DNA of 64,000 nucleotides from Lytechinus pictus (Eukaryota): NCBI RefSeq assembly GCF_037042905.1, contig NC_087249.1, positions 8,682,001 to 8,746,000 of the forward strand, read 5' to 3'. Shown piece by piece: positions 26,598 to 40,700 of this stretch (position 1 is its first letter; each line of letters starts with the position of its first letter). The notes under the pieces were generated by a model. It saw only the letters and a program-made list of their open reading frames with translations, ran no database searches and was not told where the DNA came from. The position numbers and the translations under genes were made by a program.

Positions 26598-26764
26598 TAC
26601 TGTAAAAACGATGTTAAAAATGCTGTTTAAGCCCGTCACCCTTTTAAACAATTGTTTAAATTTTTTAAAACATGTTTAAAGTTTAAACAATAATTGTTAG
26701 AGTGACGGGCTAAAAAAATGTTAAACAGCGTTGCTTCACATTTTTAACAGCGTGTTTACAGTGT
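26598..26764. mobile_element. Small palindromic MITE in intron 4 of gene B
   Basis: actgtaaa...tttacagt ends; internal inverted pair agcccgtcac / gtgacgggct. Confidence 0.65.
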
Positions 26765-26859
26765 GCTTTTTAACTGTAGAGCAAATTTTCGCAAATGAAC
26801 TTGCCCATTTTTTCAACTAAATAGGTACTTTACGGCAAAACTGCACGTTGTGTCCTTAC

Positions 26860-29800
26860 CTAGCCACACCACAAACCGGGCATTTTACAATCATCTCTTT
26901 CCTCAACATGCTCAACTGAAAAGATACAAGAAAGTAGGATGGTAATACTAATACTAATACCTTTAAAGTGGAAAAGAAATTAAGAGTACAAATTCACACA
27001 TTATTCCAAACAGAATTTGAATACAGCAGTTTGGAATAAATTGACATCAATTTTCTGTTTCTGATTAAGTAACTCTCTTTAAGACGGAAATAGTCATGTA
27101 TCATACATGTGCATAGATTATTACTGCTAATAATAGGCCTTTGAATACATTGTAATATGATCGTGACAAAGATTATGGTGATGATGACGATGATGATGGT
27201 GATGATAGTAATGATAATAATAATAATAATAATGATAATAATGATGATAATATAATGATGATGGTGATAATAATATCATAAATATAACACTAAAGATGCT
27301 AATATTGATATTAATGATAATGATAGTAATGATACTACCAAAAATAGTGAAGATTATCGGAATGACTTAAACTAAATATAAAAATAAATTCATTGTTTGA
27401 TTATGGGTAACTAAATATGATTTAATATCATTACATTAAGCAGTCAGATCAATGTAAACTGTCTTGAAATGATAACAACTCCTTTAAAATACCACCACGA
27501 AAATGTATCACAGCAAATATTAAAGGCATGCAATTTTGTGAACTGTTTAATAGAGTAAAATATGTTTTATTTGGCCATTATTGAGCTTTATTGTACCATG
27601 GACCTACTACTCTGTCAGAGTAGTAGGTCCATGATTGTATATATATTTAATATATATAATGTATATATATTGTATATATATTTAACCCGCGTTTTAGAAT
27701 TCTAATATGCTTTAAGTTAAAATGGCAGGATATCTGGTAAACTTTATCTTTAAGAAATTAAAGCACCTTCTTATACATGTAAGCCCAATTGCATTTCTTC
27801 ATTTTATTCTCGTCGATCATTTCTTCTTTTCATAGGCGGATCCAGGGGGCCGAGGGCCCCCCCCCCCCCCCCCCCATTGGCGGAGCAAAAAAAAAAGAAA
27901 TGGGAGGAAAGAAAGAAAAAAAAAGGGAAAAGAGAGGAGAAAAAAGAAGAGGAAACACAAGATGAGGAAGACGAGTGAATAAAATAAGATGAGGGGAAGA
28001 CTAGGAAAAAAATTTTTTAAATCTTTCATGTCACTATGAAAAAATTTCGCTCGCGCTTCGCGCTCGCATTGCCTGCTAGGTGATTTACATATCAATATGG
28101 AGCTTGAAATATCAAAATTTGAAGTCAACATAGAAAACATATTTCAGCTCGGAAATTGAACTTTCATTATTTTGTTTGATTTACAAACTGATTTTTTTTA
28201 AGTGCTCTGTAAAACTTTCTGTTTTAAGGTCTGAATATTAAAATTTCGGCTCGCGATTTGCGCTCGCATTGATTGTTGAAAATATATCAACTCATGCATC
28301 TTATTCATAAATACAAAAGTGCTTTAAATGTCCAATTTTCAGGCCATAATATTAACAGTTTTCGCGTTCTCACATTAGGCTTATTAGATTAATAAATAAG
28401 ATATCAATTTAAGAATCAAATTGTCCCTTTTTTCAGAAAGGAATATCGACAAGTTTCATCTCGCGGAAGAGAAATAAGAAGATATAGTCCTCATTTTCAT
28501 ATGATGACATAATGCTTTTGGAATGTCCTGGTTCTATGTCAAAACTCAAAATAATAATAATAAAACATATAAGCTCTTTTTTTAAATGTGATCCATATCC
28601 ACCTCACAATTTTCCTACAAAGTGCTTGAAATACAGAGCTTAAATTGACCCTTTTCAGATCGGAATATATTTTAAGCTCGCGCTTCGCGCTCACTTCATC
28701 GATTTTCATGATAAAAAAGGTAGGCCTATTTAGAATGCCCACTCAGATTCTAGGTCTAAATCTGAAACACGCGCGCGCATGTTTATTCAGATATGCAGCT
28801 TGTTCTCTGTTTAAATCATTATCCAGTTTCATTTCACAATATCAAAAATTTTCTGCTCGCGCTTTGCGCTCAAAAATATTAATGTAGGAAGATTTCCAAT
28901 TACTCATCCTTTTCATGATTTACAAAACATGAATAGAGTGTCCCATTTTTAGGTGCAAATCTCGATATTTTCCGCTTGCGCTTCGCGCTCGCATCAATTG
29001 TTTAGTTACATACTTATCTTTTTCAGGATTACAAAAAGTGCTCAGAATTTCCATTCTTCAGGTAGAAATATCAAAATTTTCAGCTCGCGCTTCGCGCTCG
29101 CATTATTTGATTATTGAAATATGTAACGTCTTCAGGGCTAACTGCAAGCAGCCGTTAACAGATCATTTTTTTGTTAGATCAAAACGTACATCAAAAATTT
29201 CTGCTCGCGCTTTGCGCTCGCAATATTAATGTAGGAAGATTTCCAATTACTCATCCTTTTCATGATTTACAAAACATGAATATAGTGTCCCGTTTTTAGG
29301 TCTAAATCTCGATTTTTTCCGCTCGCGCTTCGCGCTCGCATCAATAAATTGTTTAGTTATATACCTATCCTGTTCACGATTACAAACATTAATTAAAATT
29401 TTACATTCTTTATGTAGGAATGCGAACATTTTTCAGCTCGCGGTTCGCGCTCGCATTATTTGATTGTTGAAATATGTAACGTCTTCATGACTAAGTGCAA
29501 TATAGCAGTCCTTAACAGGTGCCTTTTCGATAATGAGTTCAAAACGAATATAAAGACTTTCTGCTCGCGCTCTGCGCTCGCATTATTTCAATTTAAGGAA
29601 GATGCCCACTTACTCATCCTTTTCATGATTTACAAAACTTGAATAGAGTGTCTCGTTAAGTAGGTCTAAATCTCGAAAATTCGCGCTTGCATTATTTGAT
29701 TTTTGAAATATGTAACGTCTTCATGGCTAATTGCAAGCAGTCTTTAACATGTACCTTTTCCATCAGTTCATTTCTGCTCGCGCTTCACGTTCGTAGTAGT

Positions 29801-32800
29801 TATTCATTTGCATACACATCTTTTTTAGGATAACAAACATTGCCCAGAATGTTTAAAAAAAATTGAAAAAATACATAAGATTTCCAAAAAAATTTAGCTC
29901 GCGCTTCGCGCTCGCATTGTATAAATAAGGATATTATGATATTATATATTAATGTTTATTCATAAGAATAAAGCTAAGAAGTGACTATTAGGAGTACCCC
30001 TTCAAAGAAACCAAAAATCATCTTCGAGTGGCCGATCGGGGAAAATATGGCTGAAAAAAATTCCGCCCCCCCCCCCCCCCCTATTGGCGCAGGCTTTATC
30101 CACCCCTGTCTTTTGAACTATTTTTCTTTGTTTTTTTCTTCTCCATCATTTTTGTCCAACATTCCCTTTATCTTTCTCACTCATTCGCTTTGATTTCTCT
30201 CTTTCGTTAAATATTGCACCTAAAACCATGGAAGCAAATAACAACGAAATTCAGAAGATGCATGCCAATTTATCTTTTGGATACCAGTATTACAAAGTCC
30301 TGCTCTGAATTTGATTTCCACTATAATTGCCCATCCAGCAGACATAAACTGGTATTTACTTGCACTGAAAAATAAAATACTCACGAGATTCCTGAAGCTC
30401 CACGTTCCCGTACTCAGCTACATAAATGAAAAATAAGATCGATTTAAGATTAATAAGGTGTCTAGACACTCAAACACTGAAATTAGACCAAAAATAGTGA
30501 ATGTCGACAATAAAAAACAAGAAAATTGACTGAATGTTCACCTCGTCTGGCACATTTCATGCATAATAACGAATCACGCTGGCCGACTTTCCCATTCTAA
30601 AATTCGTTATTGCAAACCCTTGGGTAATCGCTTATAGCTTGACCTTTCATCATATACTTGCCTGTTACAAAGCGTCTTTTTAATACTTGCAGCAATCGAG
30701 AAATACATTAAAATGTCCCCCATCTTTAATTCAATTCGCTTTTTGTTATCCTTGCTAACATAGCTAAAGCCAGTCTACCGTGTCACAGCCAAGGGGATCG
30801 AGGGTGACCGTGTGATAGCTTGTTGGTCCAGTGGCAACTTCTAAATACAGAACTCAGACAAAGTTACAACTGACAAAGATTTTTAACGGAATCAAATTTT
30901 AATTCCAATCTTCAAATTCAAATGTTCCTCGGAACAATGGTTACATCGGTTCCATCAGATCAAATGCAGAACATAAAATATGGATAATATCACTCAATAC
31001 AGAACAGAAATCAATTGTTGAATTCAAGGATCAAATATTCGATATCATGAGATCTAACTTACTAAACAATTTATAATGCAATGCCTCCTGATCAATACAT
31101 TATTAAGAATTAATTTAAGTATCGGAATATACCAAAACATTTAATTCTGTGTTACTGTATTATATAATCTACTGTTCGGATTTTTTTCTATTTTCTCGAT
31201 TTCTTTAAAGGTCAAGTCCACCCCATGAAAATGTTGATTTAAATCAATAGAGATAAATCAAACAAGCATAATGCTGAAAACGTCATCAAAATCGGATGTA
31301 AAATAAGAAAGTTATGACATTTTTTTTTTAAAGTTTTGCTTATATTTCACAGAACAGTTATATGCACAACTCAGTAACATGCAGATGAGAGAGTCGATGA
31401 TGTCCATCACTCACTATTTCTTTTGTTTTTTATTGTTTGAATTATACAATATTTCAATTTTTACCAATTTGACATTTAGGACGAACTTAACTGAACCACA
31501 TAAGGTTAAACAATGCCAATTCCACATGTTCAGGAAGGAACAAAACTCAATTTCACATGACAAGGGAAAGAAAATCTGAATATTTCATATGATAAAATAC
31601 AAAAGAAATAGTGAGTGGGTGACGTCATCAGTCCCTTCATTTGCATATCAATCAGGATGTGCATATAACTGTTTTGGAAAATTAAGCGAAACTTAAAAAT
31701 GTCATAACTTTCTTATTTTACATCCGATTTTGATGAAATTGTCAATGTTTTGCTTGTTGGATTTTTCTCTTTTTATTCAAATCAATTTTTATTTGGGTGG
31801 ACTTGTCCTTTAAATATGGAACCCGACTTGGAAACTTGTAGGGGATACTGAAATCAATTCGTTGACCGTCTAACATGGTCGAAGTCCTTTGACGTTCGCC
31901 CTGACTGACAACTTGACTAGCGTCGACTTCATCATTACCGTCATCATAATACTGTCATCGACACCAACGTCAACACCAAACTCGATGCCAGACTCAACGT
32001 CAGACTATATAATTGTGATCACCCAGATATGATATTTACGTCTGGGACCAACGTTTAAGGTATCCTGTTTTACGGTTGCCTACGTCATGCAAGCTCTGCT
32101 TTATAGTTGCCCCGCACTCCGTTTCAATCATTTATATTTGTTTCGATTATTGTTAATTGTACTGTCCACGTTGATCTTTATAAATGTTCTTGAAATGTGA
32201 TCATAATACCAACTGTACCATCACTGTAAATATGGAAAATTGAAGGTAGATAGTGAAACAATAGATTTGAATTGAATGAACGCCAAACTACAAAAATACT
32301 GGTACATCCGCTCGGTATGTATATAGGAAAACACCATCACTTCGGCTTTAGATTAACACCAGATAGGCATTTAAACAACACTAATTACTGTTAAACCAAT
32401 GTCGGTTTGAGTCTGAACTGGTGTTGTTTTCAACACTTCCCTGGTGACGCTGGTGTCTTCCGATTTAGATACCGGGTTCAGATGGTGCACTGCAAAAACA
32501 TCGGTGTTGTTTTAAAAAACACCGGTGTTTCTGCAGTGCACCATACGAAAGAAGTGACCATGACTCAAACCTAAACCTCAAAGCTTCAGGGGCCGGGCAC
32601 AGGCATATGCTATTCTGCTGTGCAGACCCTTCACTGGAGTTAAGGGTCTGAATGTTCAGCTTACTCATGCCTTGTGTACTAAATGCCCTAAAACAGCAAG
32701 TTTTGTATGTGCTAGTCTTTGCGTGGAAACCCACTTGTAGATCAAAGTTTGAATCAGACTTGGCAGACCCTCATCCGCACACACACTTCTTCCTCTCTCC

Positions 32801-35800
32801 CTCTTCTTCTTGTTAATATCCTTGTTAGATTTGTCCATTTCATTATTCTTATTGTTTGTATCCTCCGTCTGTTAATTTTTCCCATTTCTTCGTTATTTCA
32901 TTTTAATCATAGCTCCACAAAAGCACCAATGTTCAGTTATTTTTATAATACATGGCCATGCATTTATCATCCTTGAAATCCAATATCTGCTCACACTCTA
33001 TAATCTCCTATTTACGTTCGTTTTAATACTTCCGTACTGTTCAAGAGATCAGCGTCATACAATCCTGGCTTCTGGTCGGTTTTTTTTTCATTTCTTTTCC
33101 TATCATGTACTACTTTTCATAATCGTTTTAAAAGGGTTGATTTATCTATGATGTTTGTTTATTGTAATTGTTTATTATTTTTCATTATCAATTTGCAAGT
33201 GTAAGCGCTTTGTTGTGATTGATTTGTATTGATTTTGTATTTATGTTTTCTGATTTGTATTATGGAAAAAAATTGATAAAGAAATGAAATAAATCAGTAA
33301 ATTCAATTCAATGCAATGATGTGACGTAAAAATTTAGATACTAGGATCAGAACTTACCAGATTCTACTTCTTCGGCGAAATCATTAGCAACAGAATCACT
33401 GAAACCTACATGTCGAACAGAAATCAAACATATTGAATAAGAACGGAGTATAACAATTGAAATTCTTATAAAAGAAACTGAATACGAATATGCCTACTCA
33501 TTATGTTATTGAGTTGCATCCTTAAATTATCCAATAAAGGGGATTTGAAAACTTGGAAACAAGTGGGCTTGTGTGGAAAGATAAAAATCAAAGAATAATA
33601 ACAAAGAAAGTTTGAGAAAAATCGGACAAATAATGAGAAAGTTATGAGCATGTGGATATTGCGATCACTAAATACTAATGCTATGGAGATCATTTTGTTG
33701 GCATTGCGGATGAGATGTGTGTGTCTGTGATATCACATGTGGACAACTTTCCCTGTAATGGACTATAAAATACGTCCAAAAAGTTTTTTTTTTGCTCTAT
33801 CTTTTAATGATACAAACTCTTTATTCATAATGTATTCTTTAAAAGTCTTATTACATGCCCTACTATAGAAAGAATACATGATCTACTGATAGATGTAATA
33901 AAGAGGCAGTTTAAGTGAAATTTATAGAAAATTAATAGGCAAGTTATTCAAATGTGACATCACACATCTTTGTCGCATTGCCAAGTGGAGGATCTACATT
34001 ATAATAAAGATCTAAACTTCAAATGTTCATAACTTTTTTATTATTTATTCAATTTCAACTTTCGTTGATCTGTTTCTTTGATTTTTCTGTTTTCACACAA
34101 GCTATCTTTTACCAAAGGTTTCATTTTCCTTTAAATAACTCAACTACACGATTACCAGCCATATTTCCACCTTCCCGTTTTTTAACCCACCCTCGCCCAG
34201 AAATTTAGACGATTGTTTATAATAGAAAATGATATACATTTTCAGATTTGAAAATAAAATCCAATCAATTCGGTTGATGAAGAGTTTAGGCAGTTATTCC
34301 TCTTTTGGGCGATTTCATACGTGTCGTACGGGAAGTTTCCACAACAATTTCTTGTCTCTTAGCTGAATGCTTGAGCAATAGAGTACCGAAGTGTGATGTC
34401 AGTTGCCATGGTGTCATGTCGGACTGGTTCTAAACAGAGTCACAGCTGACGATCGTCTCATTTCGCCTGTACACATTTGTATTTGCAAATGACTTTGGCT
34501 CGTCTGAAAAAATAGGTTGCAATTGATCAAATTCCAATAGCAGCCATTTTCTCCAATGAGAAACACAAGCTTTCATTCGGCGGGTTCATTTGTTTAGAAC
34601 CAGGCCGCTTTGGAACCATGGCAACTGACGTCATCACTTCGGTACTCTATACAATTTTCTGAGTCGTATACAGGACTCAGAAATGTCCCGTACGACGTAC
34701 AACATTTTCACTTCTACTTCACCCATGGACAACATCTTTTTATTGGTTGTCATTTTTTTGCATGACTGCCGATTTGTACTTTATTATTACCACAAGACGA
34801 ATCCAGGTGTCTTGTTTTGTTTGGAGAGCAGGTTAAAAAATGTTGTGAAAATGGCTGATTTTTCTAGCATGGAATCACTTTTTTGTAAATTTAGGGAAAC
34901 CATTGTGACTTTAACCAAGGAGAAACCCTTGTTTTTCAGATCTTTTTATAGAATGAAAATAATAATGAAATGACAAGAAATGAACGGAAAAGTCTCAAAT
35001 TTCATTCAAAACTTTTGAATTTCGATTCCACTTTTAAAAAGCAGAATTGAATAGAATAAAGAGAATAAACATCATACCTGCTTAGAAATCTGATACCAAT
35101 TATATATATTTCGTTTTTAATAGCAAATGTCCAACTAGCTATTAATGAATGATATATATATAATCAAAATGTGACTTATAAAGGGCAAAAATCCACTCTG
35201 AAGAGTGCCCGAGACCTGTAAAGAGCTGTGAATGGAATAGAATGGTTTTGAGGAGATTTCTTAAAGATACACATTATTTTATTTCTTCAGATAGGCTATT
35301 ACACAATGTGGGGTATGTATGAGCGTAGGATCTTCCCCATTTTTTTTTAAATTTTTTGAATTACAAGGTACCCAGTGGTTGATTGTGATGAGCTTAGATA
35401 CTTCATTCGTACCGACCAATGAGAAGTTTAATTCATAAAAGATTGTAGAAATTACTTCATTAATATAAAGCTTGAAGTGAGATCTGATCCATGAATGCAA
35501 TGAAAAGTGAGTGAGAAAATTATCATATCGCAATCTAACCATTAACATTTCATGTCACAGTTTGACCTTTTTTAAACAATAGATGGAATACTAGTATTCA
35601 GGATTCGAATGATTATTGTTCCCCTCAATGGAGAATTAAACCCTAGGAAACTAGTTACTAGTAACTTGTTCGAAAACAGAAAAAGTCAAGAATACCAATG
35701 AAAACTTTAGAAAAATTGGATGAATAAAAAGAAAGTTATGGGCATTTTAGCATTCAAATGTCGAAAGTACTATTTCAGTATCAATTCAGTTGAATTTTAA

Positions 35801-37261
35801 GTTTTTATTTTTTCTCATTTTCTCAAAAACATATGCAATGTATACATATATCAATAAATTTAATGCTACTAAGAACACCCCCCCCCCCCTTCAGGGGCGT
35901 CGATCCATTTTTCAGATTTGGGGGGGGGAATTTTGGGGGCGCTCGATTGCACAAATTAAACAAACTCACACACACAAACATATTAAATATATATTTTATA
36001 TGTAAACCTTGAACATTGTGAGCAATGTTTGTGATCCTGAACAAGATGCGTATGTAACTAAATAATTACTGCCAGCGCGAAGCGCGAGCAATTTTTTTAT
36101 ATACGTTCTGAGCCTGAAAAGGGACATGTTAAGGATCGTTTGCAGTTACCCATGAAGACAAAACATAATTCAACAGTTGCGAAGCGCAAGCAGAAAATCT
36201 TTATAATTCTAGGCACTCTTTGTAATTGTGAAAATAATAATTATGAAAATAATAATTACGAAAATTTGACAGTTATAGACTCTATTAATGTTTTGGAAAT
36301 CATGAAAAGGATGGGTAATTTGGTGTTTTCCTACATTAATCAGCGCGAGCTGATATATTATCAGTATTATTTTGATTTAGGACCGGGATATTTTAAAGAT
36401 AGTCATCATATATGAAAATGATGATTATCTTCCTATTCTTCTTACTAAACTCGAGATGAAACTTGTCGATATTCCAATCTGAAAAAAGGGACAATTGGAT
36501 TATTAGGAATTCGTGGATATATTATTATTTTATTTATTAGTCAAATAATCCTAATGAGAGCGCGAAATTTGTTGATATTAAGGCCTGAAAACTTGACATT
36601 TTTAGCACTTTTATAACTATGAATAGAATGCATGGTCTAACATATTTTCTAAAACATTACATTTTTTGTTTATTTTTGCATTTACGAAATTATAGGGGGG
36701 GGCAAAACGATATACTTGCCACCCCAATATTTTCATTGGTGGGGCGATCGCCCCCCCCCCCCATGATCGACTCCTCTGCTAATAATAGTAGAAACTCTTT
36801 GTCCATGAAGTATTTTACGAGACCCCTGGCCCATGTCCACCCATGAAAAAAGAACATCCGAGATCTGGATAGACTTCAGGAAATACAAATTTAAGTAAAA
36901 TGATTATGTAGAAAAGTAAAAAGGGAGTTGTATAAGCGAGAAATCACATATTTTGGCAAAATTACCATATGGAGGATTTCCATATCATTAGTGATCTCAA
37001 CTTTCAAATGTCCCTAACTTTCTTGTTATTTGTTCAATTTTTCCCAAACTTTCATTGATTTACCTTTTGTATTTTTGTTCTGTCTTTACACAACCTTAAC
37101 TTGTTTCCAGGGTTTCATTCTCCTTTACCGTAATGAAACGTGTTGGTGTTTTTTAAAGAAGATTTTATTGTGATTATTTACTTACCATGAGATGACGAAG
37201 CTTGGTAAACAATGAAGATTAGTACCATGAAGAGAGGAATGGCGAATCGTGTGGACTGCAT
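26860..37261 (-). CDS. Secreted peptide precursor, copy B (70 aa, intact). Exons 37261-37186, 33405-33358, 30417-30385, 26915-26860. MQSTRFAIPLFMVLIFIVYQASSSH-GFSDSVANDFAEEVES-AEYGNVELQES-LEHVEERDDCKMPGLWCG*
   Basis: Exons of 76+48+33+56 nt = 213 nt, one open frame from ATG to TAG. Canonical ag/gt junctions, all coding introns phase 1. Signal peptide, acidic pro-region, monobasic EER site, two-Cys peptide ending in Gly. TAG is directly followed by a gtaag donor; the next acceptor is at 26089 (exon from 26088); ATTAAA near 25705. Confidence 0.85.
27831..30108. mobile_element. hAT-like non-autonomous element rich in gcgcttcgcgctcgc motifs (intron 3 of gene B)
   Basis: Ends cataggcggatccagggg / tttatccacccctg; many gctcgcgcttcgcgctcgca units; absent from copy A. 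Confidence 0.75.
31209..31809. mobile_element. Kolobok-like MITE, complete, TTAA TSD
   Basis: ttaa|aggtcaagtccacccc ... gggtggacttgtcct|ttaa, with long internal inverted repeats. Confidence 0.85.
33535..34133. mobile_element. Kolobok-like MITE, second family (AAAGGGGA...TTCCTTTAA)
   Basis: taaaggggatttgaaaacttgg / ccaaaggtttcattttcctttaa ends; related fragments at 8428, 35630 and 36950. Confidence 0.65.
34308..34705. mobile_element. Nested MITEs: inner element 34378-34650 inside an outer gtcgtacggga/tcccgtacgac element
   Basis: Inner TIR atagagtaccgaagtg..gtcagttgccatgg / ccatggcaactgacg..cacttcggtactctat. Confidence 0.75.
35892..36778. mobile_element. hAT-like non-autonomous element (intron 1 of gene B)
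   Basis: caggggcgtcgatc / gatcgactcctctg ends; gcgcgaagcgcgagc motifs. Confidence 0.65.
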
Positions 37262-37354
37262 CTTGTTTCAAGACTTTGAATAAAATTTGTAGGATCGTTG
37301 GAGCACGTAGGTCAGATAAACTTGTTGAAAGCGAATACCGTTGTCGTCTTTGAC

Positions 37355-37740
37355 GTCTGAATATGTATCTCTCAACATCCATCTATATGTAGCTTCAACT
37401 AGTTTGTTATTCTCTGCTCCTCGTTCAGTCATTTTCAATTACAAAACTCAATTTAATGTGGTGGAATGTAATAATACCAACATAATGATGTGACTGCACT
37501 TTCTTTCCTGTCTCAGATAATGAGAAAGTTTGTTTTTCTTTAATTTGCCGCTTCACTGACAAGATTGAAAGTCGTTGCCAACGTGGATGGTTGATTTTGT
37601 TTTTTGAATACAAATGATGAATCTCATCATTTTTAGATGATATATCAAATATGTCTAAGAAAACCGAACAATTTCATTGGTCTCACTGCTCCAAACCATT
37701 TCAACCGCATTCCGTATGGTTCCACGTGGCACTTGAATAC
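37355..37740 (-). promoter_or_regulatory. Candidate promoter of peptide gene B
   Basis: Mirror of 7835-8215: CACGTG, TATA-like tacatatag (37391-37383), TCAGAC (37360-37355). Confidence 0.35.
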
Positions 37741-37741
37741 T

Positions 37742-40700
37742 AAAGCCCCCATCACACTTATTCCGAATCAAGCATTTAAATCTACTTCGAACACCTTTCG
37801 AAAATACCCCTCGAATGCTTTGAACATGACCAAAACCTTCGGGACGGCCAAAAGAAATGACAAAAATAATTCGAATGCACTCAGAATGCAGTCAGAATGT
37901 TTAGAATGCGCCTAGAATGTCCAAGTTCCTCCCAAAAAATTCTAGATTTTTTGAATATTTTTTTTTCGTTCCAACTTCTGCTTGATTCCTGCTGATTCCG
38001 AATAAAAGGCGGTTTTCCACTAGGGCGCGGACAAGACCAAGAAGGGTTGCGGAAGCAACTTTTGTCATTTCGGCATGCTGTCCGCAACCAAATTCCGTAA
38101 AAGATTATGCAAATGATCTTGTCCTAGGACACGACCAGGACTGTCTGTGTATTGTCGTAGGACATTCCTGGGACTGTCCTAGGACAAGATTATCTAAATG
38201 AATTTGTCGGCGTTCGGCGCGGACAGCAGGCAGATTGTATTAGGACAGAACCGGAGACATTTAGGACAACGTCACGAGTGGTAAATTCAAGGACTAGGAC
38301 AATCAGGATAATTTTCGGACAACTTGCGAATACTCCAAGAAAATTATCGTTCATTATTTTTTTATGAATTTAGGGGTGTTATTTGGGGTTTGGGGTGCGT
38401 TTTTTTTAAAAGAAACCTTGATTTTGTTATTAAATCCGATTTGGGAGCAGGCGAGAATAAAGTAATTCGTCATGAAATTACGCTATTTTTAAACATTTTT
38501 CGACTACAAAGACTATATAGGATTTTCTTTTATTTCAAATCAAATTGCATACATTGGTGGAAATCCCAGGGGGACAGGGGACGCGTCCCCTCACTTTTTG
38601 AAAAGGGAGGGGGCATTTGATATCAAATGCCCCCCCCCCCCCCCCCCCACTTTTTGGAACGAGCAAAAAAGAAAAAGAGGAGAAAGACGAGTGAATAAAA
38701 TAAGATGAAGGGGGAAAAATTTCATGTCACTATGTTAAATTTTCGCTCACGCTTTGTGCTCGCATTGCCTAATCTATGAGATACATAACTTGCTCAATAG
38801 ACTTATATTGAGCTTAAAATATCAAGTTTTTAAGTAAATATACAATAAATTTATCGGACATTGAGTTTTCAATTTGTTTGATTTATAAATAGATTTTATA
38901 GTTTTCTGTAAAATGACTATATTTTATGGTCTCAATATCAACATTTTCCGCTCGCACTGCGCGCTAGCATTATTTGATTTGTCAAGTAACTATTCTCTTC
39001 GTGTATTACATAATTTTTCGAAAAATATCCCTTTTTAAGCTGGTCTGATTGTGAATAATATCAGCTAAAGCTGCGCGCTTGCATTTTGATTGGGGAGTTA
39101 TGCATACCTATATCAATTGTAACAAATTATTTTAAATTCCTCTTTCATGACAGTTTATCAAACTTTTCGGCTCGCAATTTGCGCTCGCATTATTTTTGTT
39201 AAAAATATATTAACCCATGCATCCTATTCATGATTACAAATTGTCCAGTTTTCTGACCTTAATATCAATTTCGCACCCTCATTAGGCTTATTAGATTAAT
39301 AAGTAAGATAATAATATTTTCATGATTTCCTAATAATCATTGTCCGTTTTTTTCAAATTCATCTCTCGCTTAGGAAGATAGTCATCATAGTCATATAAAG
39401 ACAAAAATTTCCTTAAAATGTCCCGGTCGCAACTTAAAATATATGTAATGATAAAAATATCAACTTGCGCTTCGCACTCGCATCATTTATTAAGCGCGAT
39501 CCATATGCAATTCGTAATTGCGCTTAAATTTATTTTTTTTAGATTGGAAAATCAAATATTTTTAGCTCGCGCATCGCGCTCTTATTATTGATATTATAAT
39601 AAAGAATGTAATTAGAAAGTCCAGATTCTAGGTCTGAATCTAAACACACGCACGCATGTTTATTTAGATACGAATCTTGTTCCAGTTCCAGTTTCAGATC
39701 AGATTACCAAATTATTAATGTAGGAATATTATCCAATTATCCATCCTTTTCTTGATTTGCAAAACGTGAGATGTCAATTTCGTTTTGGCTCGCGCTTCGC
39801 GCTCACATCAAGTGTATAGTCATACCCCTATCCTGTTCATGATTTTAAAAGGTGCTTAGAAATGCCCAGTATTTAGGTCGGAATCTAAAAATTGTTCAGC
39901 TCGCGCTTCGCGCTCGCATTATTTGATTGTCGAAGTATGTAGGCTAAAGGAAAGTGTGTTAGTCGGTGTAATGTAGTGTTCACTTTTTGAAAGCAGATTT
40001 TGTGCATTTTTATACATGACAATAAATTATCTCGGATCTTGATTTTTTTTTTCAGCTAAGGTAACTTTAAAAAGACTGCATATGTTCATAGCAAAGTCCG
40101 GGGGCTCTCTTTATAACATTACTTTCTAATAATTTTCCACAAATTAATACATATATTACAAAAGGGGAAGGAAACAGGTTAGGATGCAAATTGCATTCGA
40201 CAGGCACATGCGGATCAAGGGGCGAGGTGGTCTTGCTTCCCCCTTTAAAATGTACAAACAGAAGAAAAATAAGTGAAATGGAAAGGGAAACTTAAAAAAT
40301 GACATGGTGGAAAAGAAAAACAAGGGGGGATGCCGTGCTGATACGGCCCTCCTCTCCCTGCTGCTGGCTTACCCCTCCCAGTATTAAAGAGATATACAAA
40401 CAGCACAAACGAAATAGAAATAAACAAAGGAGATGAATGAAAAGAGGTGAAATAGAATCAAGTAGGGAAAAAAAATCGCGATTATGAAAAGAAAATGATT
40501 ATTATGAATGTGTAAGATTAGAAATATCAGTTTTAGTTTTTGGACGAAATTGTGAATCCAGTGTCTAATCGCCTTTGTCTCCTCTTGTACCAATTGAAAT
40601 AGACTAAGAAAGAAAATGTAAATGGGCAATTCCAGAAGGCCGAATGCGATCGCTACGCCCTATTGGCTGCGTAAAAAAAAAGAAAAATGGAATAACCAAA

